Part shown: piece by piece, positions 34,701-42,500 of the stretch
Position numbering within the stretch: the first letter of the stretch is position 1
Layout of the letters: every line of letters begins with the position of its first letter
NCBI GenBank assembly: GCA_027923505.1
Contig: BROI01000031.1
Span: 186,001-250,000, forward strand
Reading direction: 5' to 3'
DNA length: 64,000 nucleotides
Origin: Mayamaea pseudoterrestris
Taxonomy: Eukaryota
Program-made: the position numbers and the translations under genes
Notes under the pieces: generated by a model
Told to the model about the DNA's origin: nothing
The model's database searches: none
What the model saw: only the letters and a program-made list of their open reading frames with translations

Positions 34701-36068
34701 ATCCGTGCGGTTGCGGGCAGGCTGCCACAATTGCTTGGAGCAGAGGACGTCATAGGAGGCAATGGCATCAGCAAACAGGTCTTCAGGCAGGCACCGCTGT
34801 TCCGCCATGTAGAAATGCCGTTCACTTTCACGCATGGGGCGGAGCTCTAGGCGGGCCTTATAGTAACGCTTTTTGAAGGGGTAAAGCGCCTCACGGAAGG
34901 CCAGCTCACCAGGGTTTTCCTTCAAACACTCGCCTCCTGCGGTGTTTAGGGCCATGATGAGCTCCTCGGTGGTATCATGATTGTAGGTGCAGGCATTGAA
35001 GAGAGGCTTGAGCTTGTCCAGTACAGCGGTCGCATAAGCAGTGATGTTTTGGCCTGCAAAAGCTTGGGGACGGATGGCCACCGCCTCCCGTTCAATGCGG
35101 TGGTGAACCTCGCGGTTGTGCTGGCGCATCATTGACATGACACGGGAAAAGGTGATGACAAAGGGCTCCTTCTTGCCACCGGGCGTCTGGTACATGAGGC
35201 GCTTGAGCAACTCGGAATCAATGGAATTGCGAAGGAATGTGGTGGCTTCATCATCATTGGCCTCATCATAAGGGTCCCAGGTCTTCTTGGGTCCCTCGAG
35301 ATGACGGATGACCTCGTCGGTGGTCAAGAAAAGCCCACTGTGCTTGATAATGGAGACGGTTTGCTTGTCATCCAAAGGGTGATCAAGGTGCACAATGGTG
35401 TCCATTCCATGGGTGACGAGATGCTCCTCAACCTGCATTTCCCAAGCGAGCAGGTCGCCCTTTAAGGACAGCTTTTGCGACAGTCCTTTGGTACGGGCAT
35501 TCCAACCGGTGAGCTTGGCATCATCAAACCGGAGGCGAGCCAATGGAGACGGACGGATGGTGTAGGCCGGCTGAGGGAACTCGGCAAAGTCACGGGCCGG
35601 CTCACCGCCAGTGTAGGGGATGTACTTCTTTTCCAATTTGCAAAGTGCACCGTGCACTGGTTTAGGGGGGCGATCCGCATCCACGGCTGCCGCCAAGGCG
35701 CCTGGATCTTCAGGCGGCTCGTCTGCCGGCGGGGCAGGAGGAGCAGGCGGGGCAGGAGGCGCTGGAGCTGGAGGAGCTGGAGGCGCCGGAGGGGCTGGAG
35801 GAGCAGGAGCAGGCGGCGGGACGGGCGCCGGAGCTGGAGCGGGAGCGGGAGCAGGAGCTGGAGCGGGAGCGGGAGCGCGGGGAGGTGTAGGCCATGGCTT
35901 GCCTCCAACCTTTGGAGACGGCGTCGGGGGTTCCTCTCCATCCTTTGGAGCAGGGACTGGACCCTCTCCATCCTTTGGAGCAGGGTTGCGCTTTTTCTTG
36001 GGGAGGACGGGCTGAAACGGATCCTCGGCCGGTTCAGTGTCTTGGGGAGCAGTAGTAGGTGTCGACAT
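28758..36068 (-). CDS. Copia family B Gag-Pol polyprotein (2436 aa, single ORF)
   Basis: Pro/Ala-rich N-terminus; CFVCGSMAHQIADC knuckle; hydrophobic insert; VIWDSGAS protease; WHFRLGH...CAAC; integrase VSVD/SDNG/NGIAER; RT KYKARFCVRG, LYGL, YVDD; RNaseH YTDAD/STLEAEY/QDNQG/LADYLTK. Confidence 0.96.
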   Translation of the reverse strand: MSTPTTAPQDTEPAEDPFQPVLPKKKRNPAPKDGEGPVPAPKDGEEPPTPSPKVGGKPWPTPPRAPAPAPAPAPAPAPAPAPVPPPAPAPPAPPAPPAPPAPAPPAPPAPPAPPADEPPEDPGALAAAVDADRPPKPVHGALCKLEKKYIPYTGGEPARDFAEFPQPAYTIRPSPLARLRFDDAKLTGWNARTKGLSQKLSLKGDLLAWEMQVEEHLVTHGMDTIVHLDHPLDDKQTVSIIKHSGLFLTTDEVIRHLEGPKKTWDPYDEANDDEATTFLRNSIDSELLKRLMYQTPGGKKEPFVITFSRVMSMMRQHNREVHHRIEREAVAIRPQAFAGQNITAYATAVLDKLKPLFNACTYNHDTTEELIMALNTAGGECLKENPGELAFREALYPFKKRYYKARLELRPMRESERHFYMAEQRCLPEDLFADAIASYDVLCSKQLWQPARNRTDSRVPQANLLELNTKSQSSSRSTLAQRGCFVCGSMAHQIADCPKKDEHFNPKKDGGSNGGGSGGPSKPSHSGSGRGNQGNQGKGNSSRQNNNGKGNKGNNNRSSNGKKGRSSSNQDSKLWCGYCTRYGTHCTKEHKDTRTMKNPPKEPPTHQANLANVHDPNEWVVPYVNLAQVEFQKRWSAPSPDPATVPVAAPLVNRWVAPPRIIPDGPPTVPPPVAAAPTVIDLTETVVDLTLDGGSDSESGHSASTHSASTVPSTNKAKRPARSHSSPSRFPKSAKIAVGTLLLLSLCAPKADAFAPFVALRPAVTPAPSPTLSQVYEWFPPVFTPVPEPALPTATIHLQETASRFKEAIGVPVPAVTLLASSLLELASSSLSLVHATLFFYWMHWELIEPFILWFLLAGLVLLGCWYRAAYRRLRRGLLGCQPAPYLRRLLLPYRAYRALSRTAWRGIQRSVWWEAFLLMDHFDRRLTRWFARHFAYWLSYWPANGGRCHARPATVPLHLQRALLDPNAMIGHVDPQYPRYVPASPRNKRRRRQRRNKCDRCVAVAPPPPPPLPVPQVPKSRRRGRRGRGRGRSRKGKSLGRDQSRSPSRDPKRGNTCQPSTRPSHLPSPSPDAVHVPPISYLASAYVLSLSSSEREALPDWIRQTLAAIRRNPNFIDSKPKAKEEQFKVIWDSGASISLSPCRSDFVGPIETPPEGAFINGLFQPGRIAGRGCVAWTFLDNGGMRRTLKLPAYYVPTGKVRLLSTSNLLQQYPEEFIYGDEHAIYLSGTKSTTHEDGSITNNGIEVLVDPDSNLPTAYAIDNDSGPNAFYIDPGTPGPPPGPAPSSPSDQSQGEGGSSGSSPGSPQGPRDHDPPSSPPSGAPSAPGSPYCLAVTPAPSVLSNINKNLSESEKELLRWHFRLGHLAFNRIQFLMRSGTLSHSEAQRRLHALSSRIIHPPMCAACQYAKQKVRATPGIQSQAVKDRAGVLRRDNLFPGQRVSVDHFICSTKGRLFNSRGKSQETELFSGGCIFVDHATGFVHIEFQKHLNSDETLAAKEAFELKCRDFGVLPQEYLSDNGRAFTSQAFAQHLSTFAQVSRFAGTGAHHHNGIAERSIQTIMSISRAMMLHASIHWSEVSDPNLWPMACSYAVFLWNKMPDLQSGVSPHDLFTRTRWPQAKFHDLHVWGCPVYVLEKRLSDGQKLPRWSPRSKRCIFMGMSDSHASSVPLVLNPATGAITPQFHVVFDDWFATVTSEPSSLPDFNTPAWDKMFGESAYQYIPTDEPESLPATPDDATPPITEAASQRIDRVQNAFERNSPPRVLPIPPPPEPTWAQLPPAPAPATLAVPRAPSPPPTRAPSSPPPRAPSPPPARAPSPPPTRAPSPILHDPRANESAPPSSPAPPPAPATQHEPRRSSRSNFGVQPDRLTYPRLGLPAMFAYTEKVAEYAHFASLYSAFRIPAPAIYKAAASDPDTLSWDEAMCDVSHRDHWLKAAEGEITSLQSKGTWIEVPKSEAKSRIIPGTWVFRRKRSPDGTIKKYKARFCVRGDLEEGSFDTFAPVVAWSTIRLLLVFALTLDWHACTVDFASAFVQAELDKPVWIHIPRGFNSTKGPNHCLRLKKSLYGLSVAPRLWFQHLCSALKSLGLIQSSFDQCLFFGLGLVCGCYVDDLAIIGKTPKVVNDFVAKLRSLGLELTQEDSLCEYLGIKLVRDDAKGTYTLTQQGLIDKIITATGLAESNPNSVPATQLALGTDPDGAYMQESWSYPSVVGMLLYLAINTRPDIAYAVSQVARFNHGPKQTHARAVKTIVRYLKGSRTIGTVMKPNGSFNLDLYTDADYAGLYKQEPDHSATAVRSRTGYIILLGSCPLVWKSQLQTEIALSTLEAEYCALSLGLKALLPLKRILMEVLQTLRLPSPTATCVSARAYQDNQGAFYLAVNKRLTNRTKHMLVKFHWFWRHHEQGEFSICMVKSADQLADYLTKGLSKDVFLKNRRSVQHN

Positions 36069-36185
36069 GCTTCTTGCAGGGTATGGAGCTTGATATCAAA
36101 GGCTTGTTGGCTTGTTTAAACGGCGGCGTCCCGACGTAAAAGGAATCGTTTGCTTGAGGGAAACGTTGGCGTGTAAGGCTTTAAC

Positions 36186-36199
36186 TTGGGCTCGTAACC
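36186..36199 (-). other. PBS of copia family B, complementary to the anticodon arm of initiator tRNA-Met (half-tRNA type)
   Basis: GGTTACGAGCCCAA abuts the LTR and resembles the GGTTATGGGCCCAG PBS of Drosophila copia. Confidence 0.7.
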
Positions 36200-36588
36200 A
36201 GTGAAGAATGCTTGATGCAATCTACTTGAGTACGATGAAAGGAGATGCTTTGTGAAATGCAACTGTTGCTTTATAGTGTTATGGACCAACCAGACTATCA
36301 GATTGTGAGCGAGATTTGAGCGAACAAGTTGCAAAACCATCGCCCGAGGCGTTGGGCGAAAACTACAGTTATGCATGCCAAACGGATTGCCTCAACTGAT
36401 TCCCTATGTAATAATAGACCGTTTGACAGTGTAACCATGCTTGCGAGAGGTTGGGGCATGCCTTTACTAGCAAGGCGTTGCCATGGTGAAGCAAGCAACA
36501 TGAAGAACATTCCGACCACACATGATGGGTGTCGAAACGGACCCGGAGTACCGGAGAGATATGAACCCGATCCGAAGATACCTTAACT
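36200..36588 (-). repeat. 5' LTR of copia family B (389 bp)
   Basis: Direct repeat of 28273-28661. Confidence 0.93.
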
Positions 36589-36593
36589 CCGAC

Positions 36594-37628
36594 AAGGATT
36601 TCTTCGAGCTCTTCAAGCTCATCAATCATGTTTTGGTCTTGACGATTGTTTCCACCGCCTCGCGGCGTCCAACGGCTCTTCTTTTGCTGCTGCTGCGGCT
36701 GCTGTTGCGGCTGTCCGACGGAGCTCTTGCGTTTAAATGGATTGTCATCGCAATCCTTCCACAAATGCGCTTGGACGCCTGGTCCGTGGTCTCTATTACA
36801 CCAGTTGTTATTGCCTCGGCCGCCGCCTCGGCCTCCCAAGCGACCACGTCCTCGTCCTCCTCTTCCGCCGCCACGGAATCCATTGTTGTTGCGAGTTGCT
36901 TCCTTCGTTGCTGTAGTAGCCGTCGTCGACGGGCGTTTCTTTCCTTGTTCTTTTGCCTCTTCTACTCGAAGGCGATTGAAGTATTCGCACAACTGTGACG
37001 TCGTCATCTCGGTATACACTTTGCCAGCATCGCTGAGCTTCTTTTGAAATGCCTCGGGTTGCTTCTTGTACAACATGAAACGAATCTCGTCCGTTGTGAA
37101 GACTGATTTATTCTGTCGATCCTCGACAGGAGGCTCGCGAGGAAACCATCCAAGCAGTTTGCTGATAATCATCAGCCTCATATACAACCACGTTGTATCC
37201 TTTCCAAAGGGTTTCTTTACCGTCAAAATGTACTCTTTCTCTCGTTCGTAACCCGTATTGACTGGGATGAACAGAGCAAGCCACATTCGCTGGGCAAGTT
37301 TGATTGCTGCGACACTCGTCACATTGATCTCGTGCTCTACAATCACGTTGTCAAAGCTGTCGCGCAGCTCCTCGTTCAACATTTCTCTGAACGTTTGCAA
37401 CTGCTCGGTTGCTTTGTCTTTCATATCCAATGAATCCACCAACGCCTCGTGGTGAGTAATCGTTTTGATGAGAAGCTCCACTTCAGGAGAGTTGCATTCT
37501 CGCGCCTCGCGCTTGCGATTACGACCCTGCGAGTCGGTTACATTCAATGTTACCTTCGGCAACGTATCGTACTCGATCCTGGGGATCAGAGGAATGGGGA
37601 CGTCTGTCAACGTTGAATTTGTTGCCAT
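36594..37628 (-). pseudogene. Gypsy gag, cut off from pol by the copia B insertion
   Basis: ORF from ATG 37628; RG-rich basic region and C-H-H-C motif (WCNRDH...HLWKDCDDNP); in frame with pol once the insertion is removed. Confidence 0.85.
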
Positions 37629-37663
37629 CAATACTTACAGATCTTCGTCTTCTGAATTCAGAG

Positions 37664-37860
37664 TGATCGATCCAGTAATGGAGATGCTATTATGCTTATT
37701 GTGACTATGATATTACAGCCGAGAAAGATCCATTCTCGGGATTGCGGGATCTCAAGAGTCTCTTGGAGGATTCGCATAGGTAGATCCGGGATCAGCTATC
37801 CCTTCTCATTGCGCTTCTTGTTGAAGTCGCAGTCGTGTCGCATAGAGTCTCGATACGACA
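37664..37860 (-). repeat. 5' LTR of gypsy element (197 bp)
   Basis: Direct repeat of 24512-24708. Confidence 0.92.
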
Positions 37861-37890
37861 CTGGCCCTCCTTCCCGTAGGCTTTCCACCA

Positions 37891-38074
37891 TGTCGTAAGT
37901 CAAATATACTGTGCTCCACACTGTAGGTAAAATATGGAATGCCACGGAATTGAACCATGGATAACCGGTTATACTACTCCTAATCATCCCACCCTACCTA
38001 GGATGCACCCCGTATATGACTACTGACCACAGACACTTGAGACGTTGAGTACCACGGGATATCATATTCCGACA
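37891..38074 (-). repeat. 5' LTR of TRIM-like element (184 bp)
   Basis: Direct repeat of 24232-24415; followed on the minus strand by a TGG-starting PBS. Confidence 0.92.
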
Positions 38075-38953
38075 AGTGTAATTAAACAGTGCTGGATCAT
38101 TGCAATCACTTGCTTAATGAGTCCTTTGATCATTTAATGCTTTAGCGACAGATTCGTTGTTGCTTCCATGGATGAGCACCATCTTCGATCGTCGCTCGTC
38201 GCTCGTCGCTCACGATGCCTCGCCGATCATTACCTATGCGACGTCAAGGGGACTGACGCGCCGCACGGCGTCGCAAGACTACTACAACCTGCAAATTGTC
38301 GACCCGCTGTTCCATGCAAGCTTCATTCCTCTTGTTCACACTCATTGACTATGTGCAATGAACAATGTGCTATCAAATGATGTTGTCTCCTTTCTCCTTC
38401 CCCTATGCCTACATGCATTTCCACTAGCATACTACGGCTCAACAATGTCCCACTAACCAATTTTGTACACTCCATGATTCACGGCCAATGGAGCTTGACG
38501 GACTCTTCAATGGAGTAACTCACAGTAGCCCAGCAATCCAGTGGACCCACAAGTTGAGGGCCCTCTCAGCCACCTATTAACATGGCTTCCGGAATGGTGA
38601 CTTGTTTGTGTGAAGCACTTGGAACAAGCTGCGTTTGACGAGCTGAAAATCATGGTGACGAACGTAGCGAGCCTCAGCGAAAAGGGAACGATGACACGAT
38701 CATGATTATTATTTGGCACGAATTAAATTGTGCCTCCCGGTATGTCATTGATATTTAATTTACTATTGCCTTGACGCTAGGCGCGCACCGCGACCTCACA
38801 GTCAACAAGATAACAATGTCGTATCGGTTGTCGCTTGAAACCGGAACGACATTCTTCGTGTCCTCCAATGATGATGATGAGTCGAATCGCTTGGTTGACC
38901 ATGGCTTCCACATCTTCCTCATCAGATTCGCATACATTTACTAGAAATAGACA

Positions 38954-39578
38954 ATGAAGGAAGACTTGATGGAAATGTCTCGCCGCGAGCGCGTCATGCA
39001 GCTGCATGAGAGTCCCTTGTTCATGTCGAATGAATGGGCTATTCAAACAGTCCTTGCAGGAGTCGCCATCACCATCATTGGTTTGCTCATCCTCTACTCG
39101 ACCTTTTCGGCTCTGGTAGAACGCACGACTGTATCAAGCACTCCAGTATTGACCAAGCGTCGATTGGCTTATCAAGCGACGAATCTACTGGTGAATTGCT
39201 TCCTCGGCTTGTCGGGAATATACTGCGAGTTCTTTGTCAAGCCAAGCGACACGCAGCTCCAAGTCGAGCAAGTCATTACAAACTACAATCACTTTCAATT
39301 CTTTGGAAACTTTCAACTCGGATATCAACTTTGGGCCATTCCAGTCGGAATTTGGTGGGTCTCAGAGTCTACTCCCATGCTCATTCATCATTGTGCTACC
39401 ATTCTAGTGGCCACCATGAGCTCCTTCTGCACCAATGGCTTTCGCTACCATGCATCGTTCTTCTACGGACTCATTGAGATTACCAGCGTTCCACTTTCAG
39501 TCATGAACACTTTCAAGGACCATCCGACTTGGATTGAGAAACATCCGCTGGTATACTTGGCTGTGCGATTGGTATTTG
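38954..39578 (+). pseudogene. TLC (TRAM/LAG1/CLN8) domain membrane protein, 3'-truncated by family A copy 2
   Basis: Several TM segments; GYQLW, MLIHH and FFYGLIEITSVPL motifs; ORF runs into the LTR at 39579 and no continuation is visible beyond the element. Confidence 0.8.
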
Positions 39579-42500
39579 TGTTGGATCTAGAATATATCTT
39601 GCGCGCCCTTGAAGCGACACTAATGATTAAGCAGAACAGAGTCAATAAAACCACTTTACTTATTTTCTCCAAGAAGTGATCGTCCTCGATCCACTCCTTC
39701 GGTTGCCGCTTACCGCGCTTACTTAAATGTGACCGTCTTCGTGACGTCACCGCTGCCGCTTCGGTTTGGGTTCTCATCCATGCTCAACACACTCCTTTGG
39801 GCCGAGTAGTACTTACTGCTCGAGGCCAGATTCATAACCAGGTTGCGGAGCTTGCCAAACTGGGCTCCCTGCAATGGTTTCGTGAAGAAATCCGCGACCA
39901 TGTCTCCGGTCGGACAATGCTCAATGTTGACTTCACCAGCTGCCACGCGATCTTTCACAAAGAAGTACCGAACATTCATGTGTCGCGTGCGCTTTGTACT
40001 TGAGCTTCTGCCATTCTTTTCCAACAGCATTGAACTCATATTGTCTTGATACAATTTCGTGTCTTTGACCCCGAAACCTTGCGCCTTCAGAAAATATCCT
40101 GTCCACAGCAACTGCGGTAGCCATCACGAACTCCACAACTTCGCTCTCCGTCGAGCTTCTTGTTACCAACTTCTGTTTAGCCGACGTACTGTACACTGAT
40201 CCTTGGCCAAGTGTCATTGTTCCACCAGTGTGACCCTTCATGTCTGGGTGCACCGCGTACGACGCATCCACCCACCACTGGACTATCCCGGACTGGTCCG
40301 CCTTCAGCGTCAACACCATGTCCACGCTTCCGCGTAAATATTTAATCACTCTTGCAGCCTTCTTATAGTCGTCTTCGTCAGGCTGCTGCAGCCTCGTGCT
40401 CAAGAAAGAAATCGCTGTGCGAATATCCGGTCGCGCTCGCTGACTCAGATACAGACACTGCATCACAATCGTCACAAAAATCTGCTTCTTCGCTTCGCTC
40501 AACATGACAGGATTTTCCGATATCTGAAACAAGTGACTGGCTGCCGGGTAGCTGCCGTTCCATCCATGTCGTCTGGCGCATGATGCAGGATGTTCTTCAC
40601 ATAGTCAACCATGTTGATTGCTACTTCTCCAGGCTTAGTATGGTCAATACCATGCCGAGGTAGTCGTGCACTTTTCCGCGTGACTTATTCATTGGAGTCT
40701 CCTTGCCAAACTCCTCATCCATCTGCGCGATGAACTCATCCACTACGCTCACGTCGACGTGCGAAATCTTCAAATCGTCCACGTGCCATCCCACGGTGAT
40801 TTGCTTCCCATTGACAATCTTGTTGCACACACACGGATCGTACGGGTTCTTCTCGAAGCCCCACTCAAGCAATTTTGCGGACAACTTCTCCCAGAATAGT
40901 CGCGCTGCTCGAAGCGTACCATAAAGCGCCATGAGTAATTCAACATACATGACTTTCTCGCCATTCTCCATTGTGACGCAAGGCTCGTACATCTCGCGAT
41001 CAATTTCCAACAGTAGCTCCACCATCTTCCCAGTGAAACGAACGTGCACCAACTCATCCATTTCCGCTTGCATGAAAGCACCCGGTACATCAACCACAGC
41101 AACCTCGCGCCCTTCCATAGCGTCAATGATGGCTGTCAGAAAGATGGCCTCTGTCGCTATCGTTGGAGATGCTGCGTCTTCCTTTGCAGTGTATGCTCGT
41201 TGCTTGCGTCCATCCGCGCATCCGCGTCCCTTCACAGTCCCGCATCTCTTGCGCTTGAGAAACATCAAATACGCCAGAGCGTCCTTGCGCTGCTGCGGAG
41301 TCAGAGTGCATTGGGGGACTGCCTTCATGACGTGCCTGTCGTGTAGCTGCTGCATTTCCTTGCGCACTGCCTCCACTCCAGCATCGCCAAAAGCCTTTAA
41401 ACCTTGTCGCATATTCATCTGTGCCGTGACGAGTGGCTCCGACACTTCCTCTGCAGCGTCGAGCGTGAACAAATGAGCGAACGAGCGAGGTTTGCGCGCA
41501 CGCAGGCCATACCGACCAGTGCGTGGGCCATAGCGCGCATCGAAATCCTCTTCGTCTGCAGCAGCTGGCACTCCTTCAATTTCGCCTTCATCGGGCACTC
41601 CTTCAATTTCGCCATCATCCACGGCTGGCGCGTCGTCAAGTTCGCCGTCAATGGCCTCACCATCCTCGTCGTTCGGCACTCCTTCGATTGCGCCGTCAGC
41701 ACCATCGTCGTCGTCGTCGTCGTCATCGGTCGCATTCACTCCTTCGCTTCCGCCGGCAGAGTCGTCGTCACCGCGAGAAGCGTCGTCATCATAATCAGAG
41801 TCATCATCATCCTCGGCGTCATCTTCGTGCCACATGACTGGCTCAGCAGCCTCCGCAACACGGTGGCGGTCCACGACCACGATGCCCCGATTGGCCTTCT
41901 GTTGACGAGCGAGACGATGCACGCGCTCAATGACATCATCAGGCATGGGCAAAGGCGTCGCGTGCCCACGATTCAGAACTTTGCCCGAAGACAAACTGAG
42001 AAATAAAACCCACCCTGCACATTACCAGTCGGGCGCAGAGCCAGCGCACCGATCGTGCGCGCCTGCATGTCATTGCTGTGCGACTCATGCGTTTGCACAT
42101 ACTGACCAAATTCATACTTGCAATGCCGATTAAAGTCAACTGTCTGACCAGTCACAATAGTGCGTGGACTGAGATCCTTCGAAATGCCACGCTCGTTCGG
42201 AAACGCATTCAGCAAAACACGGCAGACTTCGTCATTTCGATAACCAAGCGTGCCGGCACGTGCTTAAATGGCAACGTGTTGTATGTCGCGCGCACCCGTT
42301 CTTTCACGACACGGATAAAACGTTCAATTTCGCCAACGTGTTCATCCTCAGATGTCGCATTGAGCGCCACTCCGAGATCAGCCAACGCGCCAAGCATTGG
42401 AGCGAACTCCCCATCCATCAGAGCCGCGACGACACGGAACCCACCGCGTGCGTAAATCTTCAACACAGACTCGATTGCCTTCAACATAACCGGAAGCGTA

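Larger units (their letters stand above)
28273..36588 (-). mobile_element. Intact Ty1/copia LTR retrotransposon, family B (innermost); 5-bp TSD CCGAC; AGT...ACT termini
   Basis: 389-bp repeats; CCGAC at 28268-28272 and 36589-36593; removal restores the gypsy frame ELEEILVG-EHEEEKK. Confidence 0.95.
24512..37860 (-). mobile_element. Ty3/gypsy LTR retrotransposon inserted in the TRIM; 5-bp TSD CTGGC
   Basis: 197-bp TG...CA repeats; CTGGC at 24507-24511 and 37861-37865; order gag-PR(LLDSGS)-RT(YLDD)-RNaseH(TDASD)-INT; PPT GGGGAGAG. Confidence 0.93.
24232..38074 (-). mobile_element. Non-autonomous TRIM-like LTR element (outermost of nest; ~489 bp when empty); 6-bp TSD AGTGTA
   Basis: 184-bp direct repeats TGTCG...CGACA with one mismatch; AGTGTA at 24226-24231 and 38075-38080; PBS TGGTGGAAAGCC; PPT GGAGTAAGGAGGG; 121-bp non-coding interior. 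Confidence 0.88.
23135..38133 (-). pseudogene. P-loop NTPase-like gene whose 5' end is split by the nested retroelement cluster (body 23135-24231, first 19 codons 38075-38133)
   Basis: Walker A-like VVRCTGGGKSRSL and Walker B-like VILNIDDAD. Excising 24232-38074 plus one TSD gives MIKGLIKQVIAMIQHCLITLLVCAEYARG-FVIPSR; a further frameshift around 24140-24180 is needed to join the body. Confidence 0.6.

Noticed and set aside
35720..35990. GC-rich tandem repeats as a satellite
   Set aside because: They encode the Pro/Ala-rich N-terminus of copia B Gag; likewise the RAPSPPP repeats near 30600-30710.
24512..37860. 197-bp repeats read as internal direct repeats of one gypsy bounded by the 184-bp LTRs
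   Set aside because: They have TG...CA ends, their own TSD (CTGGC) and their own PPT, so they are best read as LTRs of a separate nested element.
38157..38719. Small gene between the TRIM and the TLC gene
   Set aside because: Only short ORFs; I could not build a convincing spliced model or recognise a motif.
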